From assembly GCA_963697225.1 (NCBI GenBank), contig CAVONM010000013.1, forward strand, positions 42,375 to 106,374: a DNA stretch of 64,000 nucleotides. The letters run 5' to 3'. Origin of the DNA: an uncultured delta proteobacterium (lineage in GTDB: Bacteria; Desulfobacterota; Desulfobacteria; Desulfobacterales; Desulfosarcinaceae). The notes below the pieces were generated by a model. It had not been told where the DNA came from, did not search any database, and saw only the letters and a list, made by a program, of their open reading frames with translations. Position 1 is the first letter of the stretch; each line of letters begins with the position of its first letter. Positions 26,506-35,552 of this stretch are shown here, one piece after another. Made by a program: the position numbers and the translations under genes.

Positions 26506-29105
26506 ACGGCGCCATGGCGACGATGTCGGGCGGCCTGCGCCTGTTTGGCTGGTTCACCCTGCGTCACCTGCGCAGCCACATGGGTCGGACCCTGGCGGTG
26601 CTGCTGGGAATTGCCCTGGGTGCGGCGGTCTTCACCAGTGTCCGCCTGGCCGTGCAGGCCACCATGGATTCCTATTCGCGAAGCATGGACCTGATCGCCG
26701 GCAGCAGCGACCTGACCCTGTTCCGCCCCGGCGGCCGGGTCCCCGATACGCTGGTGGCGGCGCTGATGCAGAACCCGTTTGTCCTCACGGCGTCGCCGGT
26801 TCTGTCTGCCTATGTCAGACCGGCCGACCATGAAACCCCCTTCCTGTTGATCGGTTTCGATCCCATCCTGGATCGCGATCTGCGCAGGTGGACCGTTCAA
26901 TCCACGGGTGAAGGCAAGGCGGCCGACTGGGCGTCGATGATGACCCAGCCCTTTTCCTTGCTGATCGGGGCGAAACTGGGCCAACAGTTCGGCTGGCAAG
27001 AGGGCCAATCGATCAAGCTGGTTCACTCCCGGCAGACCCTGGATTTCAAGGTCCTGGCCCTGCTGGATCCCGGCGGGCTGGCTTTGGTGGAGGGTGGTCG
27101 CATCGCCATGTGCGACATTGCCACCTTCCAGGAATTCACCGGCCAGTTCGGCCTGGCGGACCGCATCGACATACGATTGAAGCCTGACGCTGCAGGGGAC
27201 GCATCGACCACCCTGCAAGCGCTGCTGCCCGCCGGCGTCGTCATGCGGTCGCCCTCGGCGCTCAGTGAAAGCGGCCAGGGAATGATCCGGGCCTACCAGC
27301 TCAGTCTTACCTTTTTGAGTTTCATATCCCTGTTCGTGGGCATGTTTCTGGTCTACAGCCTGGTGGCGCTCAATGCCGCCGCCCGTCGACGCGAGCTGGC
27401 GGTCATGCGGGCCACCGGTGCGTCGGGGCGGCTGCTCTTTTTCCTGTTCGTGGGCGAAGGGGCCTTTATCGGCCTGTGCGGATGGCTGTTGGCCCTGCCG
27501 ATCAGCAGCCTGCTGGTCAAAACCCTGCTGGCGGGTGTCAGCCGGACCGTGTCCGTGCTTTTCGTTCGCGTGCAGGTGGATGGACTGACCCTGGACCCCT
27601 GGGAAATTCTGCTCTCCTTTGGCGTCACCCTGGCCGTTTCCGTGCTGGCGTCCCTGCAGCCGGCTCGCGAGGCCATGCAAGTACCTCCGCGAGAAGCGCT
27701 GGACATCTCCCCCACCGCCAATATACGGCCGCGACTGATTCGTCGCATGGCCCTGGGGGGCCTCGGCCTGCTGTTGCTGGTCTATCCCATCGCCCGGCTG
27801 CCCAGCCCGCCGTCGGTCTCCCTGCCCGGGTACCTGGCGGCGTTGCTGTTGTTTGTGGGCTTCGCGCTATTGGCTCCCCTGATGTTGCAGCAAGTCGGCC
27901 GGCTGATGGCCCCGCGGTTGCTGTACCTGGGCGGCCAACCGGCTTTTTTGGCCGCCGGTTACCTCAAACAAAGCGGTGTCCAGACCGCCATTTCCGTGGG
28001 CTCACTGATCACGGCGGTGGCCCTGTTTACCGCCCTGGTGGTCATGATTCACAGCTTCCGCAGCACCGTGGCCCTGTGGGTGCAGCAGAGCATCGCCGGC
28101 GACATCTACATTCGCCCCAAACTGGCCGAACTGAATCGTTTCCGTGACCCGTTGCCGCCGCGTGTCGTGGCAGCGGTGCAGACTCTGCCGGTTCCCGTTG
28201 AACTGGTGCCCATGCATCGCCTGGAATTGCAGGTCAACGGACACCAGCACCTATTCGAGGCCATGGATTACGACGCCTATGCCAGGCGCAGCCGATTTAT
28301 CTGGATGGGCGGCGACATCCGGCAAATCGAAGCCGATCTGATCGCCGGCAGGGGCGTCGCGGTATCGGAGGTCTTCGCCAACAGCACCGGTCTGAAAGCC
28401 GGCGACCGCTATCGGGTCCAGATCGGCAGGCATCTGTTCGACGAACCGATCCTGGGAATCTTTCGCGACTACCGTACCCGGGGCGGCGCGGTGTATTATT
28501 CGCTGACCCACTACCAACGGCGCTTCGACGATCCGACCTGGAGCGGCGTTCAGGTCAATTTAACCGAGCGCGGGCCCGGTCTGGCGGGTGCCGTCGACCG
28601 GGTGCACACCGCGCTTCTGGATTGCTGCGGGGAGACGATCGAGATGATGGAGGGCCCGAGCCTGCGCCAGGCCGTCCTGCAGGTATTCGACGAAACTTTT
28701 GCTATCACCACCGTCCTGCTGCTGATTGCCCTGGTGGTGGCCGCCCTGGGAATCGCCACCACCCTGGCCGTGCTGGTGCTCCAGCGCCGCCGGCAGCTCA
28801 ACACCATCCGCGCCGTGGGCGGCAGTGCCGCCCAGCTGCGGCGCATGATTTTCTGGGAAGCGGGCCTGATCGTGATGGTAGGCCAGGCAGCCGGGCTGGC
28901 CTGCGGGTTCATCCTGTCGACCCTGCTGATCTTCGTCGTCAACCGGCAATCGTTTGGATGGACCTTCGTCTACCAGGTCGACTGGCCGTCTCTGCTCGCA
29001 GCCGTGCCGTTGATTTTCGCTGCGGCCCTGCTGGCCGCCCTGCCGGCGGTCAATCTGGCCCTGAGCTCGTCACCGGCCATGCTGCTGCGCGGGGGAACCC
29101 GTTAA
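26502..29105 (+). CDS. ABC transporter permease with duplicated FtsX/MacB-like domains (about 860 aa, YbbP/AttFG-like)
   Basis: Two FtsX-type 4-TM modules separated by large extracytoplasmic domains. Overlaps the ATPase gene by 4 nt. Confidence 0.8.
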   Translation: MNGAMATMSGGLRLFGWFTLRHLRSHMGRTLAVLLGIALGAAVFTSVRLAVQATMDSYSRSMDLIAGSSDLTLFRPGGRVPDTLVAALMQNPFVLTASPVLSAYVRPADHETPFLLIGFDPILDRDLRRWTVQSTGEGKAADWASMMTQPFSLLIGAKLGQQFGWQEGQSIKLVHSRQTLDFKVLALLDPGGLALVEGGRIAMCDIATFQEFTGQFGLADRIDIRLKPDAAGDASTTLQALLPAGVVMRSPSALSESGQGMIRAYQLSLTFLSFISLFVGMFLVYSLVALNAAARRRELAVMRATGASGRLLFFLFVGEGAFIGLCGWLLALPISSLLVKTLLAGVSRTVSVLFVRVQVDGLTLDPWEILLSFGVTLAVSVLASLQPAREAMQVPPREALDISPTANIRPRLIRRMALGGLGLLLLVYPIARLPSPPSVSLPGYLAALLLFVGFALLAPLMLQQVGRLMAPRLLYLGGQPAFLAAGYLKQSGVQTAISVGSLITAVALFTALVVMIHSFRSTVALWVQQSIAGDIYIRPKLAELNRFRDPLPPRVVAAVQTLPVPVELVPMHRLELQVNGHQHLFEAMDYDAYARRSRFIWMGGDIRQIEADLIAGRGVAVSEVFANSTGLKAGDRYRVQIGRHLFDEPILGIFRDYRTRGGAVYYSLTHYQRRFDDPTWSGVQVNLTERGPGLAGAVDRVHTALLDCCGETIEMMEGPSLRQAVLQVFDETFAITTVLLLIALVVAALGIATTLAVLVLQRRRQLNTIRAVGGSAAQLRRMIFWEAGLIVMVGQAAGLACGFILSTLLIFVVNRQSFGWTFVYQVDWPSLLAAVPLIFAAALLAALPAVNLALSSSPAMLLRGGTR

Positions 29106-29135
29106 TAATACTTGGTTGGAGGGGAAATTATAAAA

Positions 29136-30271
29136 TGGGACGCTGCAGGAATTTCAGCCTTCTTGTCCGGACCGCGTTGCTGATTGCGCTTTCCGCCTTT
29201 ACGGCGATTGCGGCAGACAACGGATTTCTGCAGGTCACCGGCCCCTGCCGGCTCTTCTTTCCCGCCGATCACGGCCCCCACACGGATTACCGCACCGAAT
29301 GGTGGTATTACACGGGTAATCTGACCGACGGAGACAACAACCGCTTCGGCTTTCAGCTGACCTTTTTCCGCAGCGGGCTGCAACCGCCCGACCAACGCAG
29401 ACAGTGGCCGGATCCGGCCTCGGCCTGGCGCACCGACCAGATTTACCTGGCCCATGCCGCGGTCAGCGATATCGACGGCGGCCGCCACTTGCAGGCTGAG
29501 CGGATGGCTCGTCCGGTTCTCTCCCTGGCCGGGGCGGACCAGGTGGGTGGCCTGGTAACCATCCACGTCCATGGCTGGCAGGCCGTCATTGCGCCCGAGG
29601 CGCATCGCCTGCAGGCCAGCGCCGAAGCGTTTGCCCTGACCCTCGACCTGACACCGGACAAGCCTATTGTCCTGCACGGTGACAGCGGATACAGCCGCAA
29701 AGGTCAGTCGCCCGAGCACGCCAGCTGCTACTACTCTTTTACCCGCCTGCTGGCCTCGGGCAGCCTGACCGTGGACGGTACCCGCCATGAGGTTCAGGGA
29801 TCGGCCTGGATGGACCACGAGTTCAGCACGGCTCCCCTGCAGCCGGGCATCACCGGCTGGGATTGGTTCAGCCTGCAGTTGGGTGACCGGACCGAGATCA
29901 TGATCTTTTTACTGCGTCAACCGGACGGGACCTTGAATCCGGCCTCCAGCGGTACGTACGTGCTACCCTCGGGGCAGACGCGGCACCTGTCGCGCGGCGA
30001 TGTGCGCATCGAGCCACTTTCGCATTGGACCAGTCCCATCAGCGGCGCCCGCTACCCGGTCGAGTGGCAGGTGGCCGTGGTTCCACTGGACGTGGAGCTG
30101 ACCGTAACGGCCAACCTTGACGACCAGGAGATGCGCACCCCGAACAGCACCAATGTAGTTTACTGGGAAGGCAGCGTGCAGGCCAAGGGAACCCGCAACG
30201 AAAAGGCGATCGATGGCGTCGGTTATGTGGAGCTGACCGGTTATGCCCGACCGTTCGATGCACCCATGTAA
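29136..30271 (+). CDS. AttH-like lipocalin/CrtC-domain (hydroxyneurosporene synthase-like) secreted protein
   Basis: Signal peptide. Motifs TEWWYYTGNL, RFGFQLTFFR, GSAWMDHEF. ABC-ATPase / FtsX permease / AttH-like is the attEFGH-type gene order. Confidence 0.6.
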
Positions 30272-30350
30272 GCTAACACACCCCTGGTTTGACAACGCAG
30301 GTCGTGTGGATAGCTTACTTCATTATTCACCCGGGCAAACAGGAGGCGAT

Positions 30351-30839
30351 ATGAAAGCAATTACCGCCACCATCGCACTGATGTTCATCGGCGTTTCGAT
30401 GGCCGCCGCTGCCGGCAGCCCGTCCGTCAAACCGTCGGTTTCGAAAGATGCGCAATACTACAATGCAGGCGTTGACTTGATGCTGGCCAAGAAATTTACC
30501 GATGCGGAAAAGCAGTTCCGCAAAGCCCTTGAACGCAACGAGCGCTTCGCCGAAGCTCACAACAAGCTGGCCTACACCCTGCGAAAACAGGGTCCAGATC
30601 ACTACGCCGAGGCCCTCGAACACTATAACCGGGCGATTGAATTGAAGCCGAACCTGGCTGAACCCTACATGTATCGCGGGGTGCTGCACATTCAGATGGG
30701 CAAACCCTCCCTTTCCCAGGAAGATCACAATAAACTCGTCGCCATGAATTCGCCCCTGGCCGCTGAGCTGCAGTACGTGGTCGAAAACGGCCGCGAAAAA
30801 GAACCGGAACCGTTTTTCGGTGTGTCTCGTAAAATGTGA
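30351..30839 (+). CDS. Secreted TPR-repeat protein
   Basis: Signal peptide MKAITATIALMFIGVSMAAAAG, then TPR-like repeats. Confidence 0.55.
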   Translation: MKAITATIALMFIGVSMAAAAGSPSVKPSVSKDAQYYNAGVDLMLAKKFTDAEKQFRKALERNERFAEAHNKLAYTLRKQGPDHYAEALEHYNRAIELKPNLAEPYMYRGVLHIQMGKPSLSQEDHNKLVAMNSPLAAELQYVVENGREKEPEPFFGVSRKM

Positions 30840-30889
30840 TCTGGAAGATCAAGTGGGCCCAGACCGGGATTGACAAAATTGAGATTTGG

Positions 30890-30918
30890 ATGACAAGCGG
30901 TCGCGTATGTCGTATTAT
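30890..30918 (+). promoter_or_regulatory. Sigma70-like promoter candidate ATGACA-N17-TATTAT upstream of the hemerythrin/encapsulin operon
   Basis: Hexamers and spacing read from the sequence. About 110 nt upstream of the ATG at 31030. Confidence 0.3.
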
Positions 30919-31029
30919 ATCCCATAATCGCCTGATGTGCAGACGGGCCTTGTATGGCCTGTGAGAATGGTGGAAACCCCCGCCCATCGTCCCCACCACC
31001 AGACACCCAAATTTTCTAAAGGAGAACAT

Positions 31030-31545
31030 ATGGACATCATCGATGCATTGGTCGGTCACCACCAGGAACTCAGAAAACTCTACCAGGCGTCGGAAAGCGA
31101 TGCGGGCCGGTTCGCCGAATTTGTGCGTCACCTCGTGGTTCACCACACCATGGAGGAGAAGTACTTTTACGATTTGCTCCAGAAGGTCGCCGATGCCCGC
31201 CACGATTCCCTTGAAGCGGTCAACGAGCACCATATCATTGAATTGATCATCAAGGATGCCGAAGGATTTCCTAAAGATCACGAAGGCTTTCCCATCAAGG
31301 TGGAAGGCCTTGGCGAATACACCTCCCACCACCTGGACGAGGAGGAGGCGGAAATCTTTCCCATGGCGCGCGCCCGTTTCAGCCCCGAGGACCTGATGAT
31401 CCTGGGAAAGCTATTCCTCGAGGCCAAACAAAAAATGCTTGCCATTGAATTACCGGAGGTGCCTGCGCAGATCAATCAACGGGCTGCTGGCTCGAAACAG
31501 GTTCAGGCCAGCTCGCAAGGGCTTGGCATCGGCAGCTTGAAATAA
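31030..31545 (+). CDS. Hemerythrin-like (HHE cation-binding) protein with a C-terminal encapsulin targeting peptide: predicted encapsulin cargo
   Basis: Multiple H..E/HH pairs (VGHHQELR, LVVHHTMEEKY, EHHIIELI, SHHLDEEEAE). The C-terminus ...SSQGLGIGSLK matches the family-1 encapsulin cargo-loading peptide consensus (SLGIGSLK/R-like). Lies 46 nt upstream of the shell gene. Confidence 0.8.
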   Translation: MDIIDALVGHHQELRKLYQASESDAGRFAEFVRHLVVHHTMEEKYFYDLLQKVADARHDSLEAVNEHHIIELIIKDAEGFPKDHEGFPIKVEGLGEYTSHHLDEEEAEIFPMARARFSPEDLMILGKLFLEAKQKMLAIELPEVPAQINQRAAGSKQVQASSQGLGIGSLK

Positions 31546-31591
31546 CGACCCCGTCCGATTCATCTAAACATCTATCGAAAATGGAGAAACC

Positions 31592-32410
31592 ATGGATATA
31601 CTGAAAAGAGAGCTGGCACCGATTCCGCAGCAGGCTTGGGCTGAAATCGATGCGCAAGCGGCAAGAAGCCTGAAAGCGATCCTGTCGGCCAGAAAAGTCA
31701 TTGACCTGACAGGGCCCATGGGACCGGATTTTCCAGGAGTGCCCGAGGGACGCCTGGAATATCCGGGCAACCAGTCGCCAACCGGGCTGTCCTATGGCAT
31801 TCACAAGGTTCATCACCTGGTGGAGACCCGTATTCCCTTCGAACTGGACATCAAGGAGATGGACAATGCCGTCCGTGGGGCCAAAGACCTCGATTTGGCC
31901 AATCTGGAAGCCGCCGCACTGGAGATCGCCCTGTTTGAAGAGAGTGCGGTTTACCACGGACTGCCCCAGGCCAACATCAAAGGGCTCAAACATTGTGCTG
32001 ATCAGGAATGCCTGACCATCGGATCGACGCCGGAACAATTGCTCGAGGCTATCGCCGAGGGGCTGACTGTCTTCGCCGGCCGCTCCGTCGAAGGACCCTT
32101 CTCCTTTGTCGTGGGGCCTAAACTGTGGAGCCGGATGTCCGCACACCTGCAGGGCTACCCGGTTAAAATGCAGGCTGAGAATATCCTGGGCGGAACGGTG
32201 CTGCTTAGCCCCTATCTAACCGGCGATTTCGAGATGGAAGCATACATGGTCTCCCAGCGGGGCGGTGATTTCGAGATCATTTTGGGCAACGATCTGGCGA
32301 TCGGCTATGACAGCCATACGACCAGCACCGTCGGGCTTTACTTCACGGAATCCTTTACCTTTAGAATCCTCGATGCCGCCGGCGTCATTCATTTTACGGC
32401 TCAGGTGTAG
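31592..32410 (+). CDS. Family 1 encapsulin nanocompartment shell protein (Linocin M18 / HK97-fold)
   Basis: MDILKRELAPIPQQAWAEID... and C-terminal ...QRGGDFEIILGNDLAIGYDSH...FTESFTFRILD align closely with the Thermotoga maritima encapsulin that I recall ([20 protein letters not shown]...[22 protein letters not shown]...ITETFTFQVV). Confidence 0.9.
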   Translation: MDILKRELAPIPQQAWAEIDAQAARSLKAILSARKVIDLTGPMGPDFPGVPEGRLEYPGNQSPTGLSYGIHKVHHLVETRIPFELDIKEMDNAVRGAKDLDLANLEAAALEIALFEESAVYHGLPQANIKGLKHCADQECLTIGSTPEQLLEAIAEGLTVFAGRSVEGPFSFVVGPKLWSRMSAHLQGYPVKMQAENILGGTVLLSPYLTGDFEMEAYMVSQRGGDFEIILGNDLAIGYDSHTTSTVGLYFTESFTFRILDAAGVIHFTAQV

Positions 32411-32492
32411 GTCAATCCATCCACGGCGTAACAGAGACCACCGCCATGGCTGCTTAACCCAAAATCGAAGGAATAACTAAAGGAGGCTAACC

Positions 32493-32738
32493 ATGGTCGA
32501 CAAAGCGGCACTGTGTGAAAAAATAAAATCGATATACCCGGACATCGGCGAATGTGGCATCGACATCAAAGTGGATTATGACGATGAAAAGCGGACTACC
32601 ATTTTATACCTGCGCAGGGGCAACAAGGAAGTCAAGCACTACCTGCCGGATGAAGACGCGGAGGCATGTATGGCGGGGCGGCAGTGCGTCGCCCTGGGTG
32701 TGGAGATCGCCCAGCTCAGGGATGAGCGCTACCTCTGA
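32493..32738 (+). CDS. Small Cys-containing hypothetical protein (81 aa) immediately downstream of the encapsulin gene
   Basis: Strong AAAGGAGG RBS. Four Cys. No domain recognised. Confidence 0.35.
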   Translation: MVDKAALCEKIKSIYPDIGECGIDIKVDYDDEKRTTILYLRRGNKEVKHYLPDEDAEACMAGRQCVALGVEIAQLRDERYL

Positions 32739-33184
32739 TGGCAACCTGAACTTTAGCGGCACCCACCCAAAACCATTTTCGAATCGGAAAACTGCGGATA
32801 TAGCCGGCGTCGGCCAGTTGCGGCAGCAGGGTTCCGGCCTGGCGCAGGGAAAGCAGCAGGCCGACATAAACGGACGGGGCACAGATGGCGCCCAAGAGCC
32901 AGAGAAGCACCAACGTGGCGCTGGCCACCTGTTCAGCCAATCTGGAGGCAGCGCCGTTGAGCAAGTTCATCACGTACTTCTCAGGCGGTGCGCTGCATTC
33001 CGAATCGGGAATGGCTGAGCATGCCCTGTCGTAGCGGTCATCGCCGCTCAATTTCCCATAGACCCGCTCGACGTGGCTGGGCTTGGATGCCATGTCTTGT
33101 TCTCACTCGCTCCTTGCGTTAATCTTTGGCTTTGAAACTGGCCGAACCGCATGAAAAATGGACAATGCCCACTCTCGGGGCCAG

Positions 33185-33571
33185 CTATCCATCCGCTTGG
33201 CTTTCAAGGGCATGGCGCTTCAGCTGAGCCAAGGGGACGTGATTCAAGACCCTGCTGTGCGTGGCGGCAAGGATTACTGGCGGCGCGCAGCCGTTTTCTT
33301 CGGCCTCTTCCCATCGGTCGACACACAGGCACCAGCGATCTCCCGGCTTGAGTCCGGGAAAACCAGCTGTCGGCTGGGGCGTGCTTAGATCGTTGCCGCG
33401 ACGTCTGGTAAATTCCAGAAATGCATCGGTCACCTGGGCGCAGACGCCATGTCGACCGATGTCGCCGGGTCCAATGCGGCAGTCTCCGTCGCGCAGAAAA
33501 CCGGTCAATGGTTGCAGGCTGCATGTTTACAGCGATTCCCCGATAACGTTAACCGCTTTTTGGTTTGCCAT
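33185..33571 (-). pseudogene. DUF2237-family gene interrupted by an in-frame TAA after codon 14
   Basis: AAAGGAGG-N8-ATG at 33571 gives MANQKAVNVIGESL, then TAA (33529-33527). The same frame continues TCSLQPLTGFLRDGDC...GDRWCLCVDRWEEA, the DUF2237 signature. Confidence 0.5.
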
Positions 33572-33884
33572 GGCAAGCCTCCTTTAAAGATTCAGTGTAG
33601 TTGTGTAATAACTCATGCCTAATAAGTTATGGCATCCGACGGCAAGGGCAATGTCAAGCGGGTGGTTGTAAGATGACAGTTTCAAGCTACCGGAAAGACC
33701 CCTTTTGAACCACAACGGCTACCCACGACCTTTCTCGGGCGACGGGTATAATGGGTCGACACGGTTCCTCTTTTTATCTATAGTAATCCAGCCGCTTTTG
33801 AGCGGGTACAATTCATCAAGGTTTTCAAATCGGCACGACCATCGCTGACTCGCCTCTGCCACGTGGGATGGCCAATGGATTGAC

Positions 33885-34874
33885 ATGACGACCAACGCCA
33901 AGAAATTGAAATTGCTGGTCACCGGGGCTTCCGGGTTTATCGGTTTCGAGGTCTCCCGTCAGCTTTCGCGCGGTGGGTATCGACCCCGGCTGATGATCCG
34001 TCAACCGGGCGATGATTGCGAGATCTGTCGATTCGATGCGGACATCGCCCTGGCGGACCTGAGACATCCCGATTGCCTGCGGCAAGCCGTCAAAGGTGTC
34101 GACGGCATCATTCACCTCGGGGCAAGGGCTACTTTCGAATCATACGCCACGTTGAAGCCATCCATCCTGGATGGGTCGATCGCCTTGATGGAGGCTGGTA
34201 TCGAGGCCGGGGTTCGCCGGTTTGTATACAGTTCAAGCATGCTCGTATACAGCGGCCAGGCATCCCTTGTCACTGCCGATACCCCGGTCAATCCGGTACT
34301 CGATTATGGCCGCATCAAGGTGGACACGGAAAAGCGGTTGTCGGCGATGGCCGCATCGGCGGGCATGGCCTTCACGGCCCTGCGGTTGCCGCATGTATAC
34401 GGCCTTCGAGATCTTTATTTTCGCCAACTGCAAGCCGGTCGTCTTATTCTGCCGGGGCTAGGCAAAAACATCTATACGCACCTTCACGTCGCCGATGCGG
34501 CCGCGGCCATTATCACCTGTGCGGAGCAATCCTATTCCGGCGTCCTGCCCGTTGGCGATCGCCTGCCATCGACATGGGCCACATTTCTAAACATCGTCAG
34601 GCAGCACTACCCAAATGCCCGCGTGCTTATGTTTCCCCAATGGTTGGCCCTGCTGGCCACGGCCCTGCTGACGCCGTTCCGACGAATTCGCCCCAACCCT
34701 GGCTTGGAAACACCGGGTGCCGTGCGTAGCTACAATTTCAATCTCGCCGTCGACCCCGACCTGCTGTGGCAGGACCTCGGGTTGGCACCCCAGTATGGGA
34801 CCATCCGCGAAGGCATCCCCGCGGCGGTTGCCTCAAAACGAGATACAGACATCTTGACCACCCGGTTGAGGTGA
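33885..34874 (+). CDS. NAD-dependent epimerase/dehydratase-family (extended SDR) protein
   Basis: LLVTGASGFIGFEV Rossmann motif. YGRIK catalytic Y..K. Confidence 0.8.
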   Translation: MTTNAKKLKLLVTGASGFIGFEVSRQLSRGGYRPRLMIRQPGDDCEICRFDADIALADLRHPDCLRQAVKGVDGIIHLGARATFESYATLKPSILDGSIALMEAGIEAGVRRFVYSSSMLVYSGQASLVTADTPVNPVLDYGRIKVDTEKRLSAMAASAGMAFTALRLPHVYGLRDLYFRQLQAGRLILPGLGKNIYTHLHVADAAAAIITCAEQSYSGVLPVGDRLPSTWATFLNIVRQHYPNARVLMFPQWLALLATALLTPFRRIRPNPGLETPGAVRSYNFNLAVDPDLLWQDLGLAPQYGTIREGIPAAVASKRDTDILTTRLR

Positions 34875-34911
34875 GAAAACCGGATGCGTGGAACGCCACG
34901 TTGCATCCAGC

Positions 34912-35328
34912 CTATTCGAATACGATTTGCTGGATAGCCAGATAATGCGTTACCTCATTTTTTTCATTGTGGATGGGGGCAATTTTCCATTGCATGATAA
35001 ACTCTGAGCCATCCTTGCGATAATTGATGGCACGTCCATGAAATACCTTTCCATGGGAAATATCGATGTTTAATTGATCGATGACCGCCATGTCTGTTTT
35101 CGGCCCTTGCAAAATAGACGGGGATTTCCCCATAACCTCATGCGGTCCGTAACCAGTTAGTTCACAGAACGCCGGGTTGACGTATATGATCGGATAACCC
35201 GGCCCTGCTTCGGAGATGATGATCGAGTTGTAGGACTCTTCCATGGAAGCCTCCAGCAGACGCTTCATAATATACCGATAGTTTTCATCTTTATCGAAAA
35301 TCTCAAAAATATCATTTTCGGGTTTCAT
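34912..35328 (-). CDS. Stand-alone PAS domain protein, LOV-like but lacking the photoactive cysteine
   Basis: IIYVNPAFCELTGYGPHEVMGKSPSILQGPKTD parallels the LOV motif (GRNCRFLQG) with Ser-Pro in place of Asn-Cys. 138 aa with no output domain. Confidence 0.6.
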   Translation of the reverse strand: MKPENDIFEIFDKDENYRYIMKRLLEASMEESYNSIIISEAGPGYPIIYVNPAFCELTGYGPHEVMGKSPSILQGPKTDMAVIDQLNIDISHGKVFHGRAINYRKDGSEFIMQWKIAPIHNEKNEVTHYLAIQQIVFE

Positions 35329-35552
35329 TGGCTTTCCTCCTGAACAGATGTGGTTGATTGATTAGATTAGGTTGTTGAGCATAACGTATAGGACCGGGTT
35401 GATCTTTAATAAGACGCTTTTTGGAAAACGCTAAAAAGGCCCACAGGATAGGGTCGAGTCACCAAAACGAACAGTGGATGCCAATATCAGCCATGGGCCA
35501 CCGATGCGAATGGTTGGCGGATATGTGATGCTACGGGTGCGGCAACAAGGGA

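Noticed and set aside
26259-27680. 473-aa minus-strand ORF overlapping the ABC ATPase and permease genes
   Set aside because: Low-complexity (Q/G/R-rich) translation opposite strongly supported ABC transporter genes.
28622-29135. Upstream extension of the AttH-like ORF in the track (starts at 28622)
   Set aside because: That extension overlaps the permease gene in another frame. The RBS-supported ATG at 29136 followed by a signal peptide is the plausible start.
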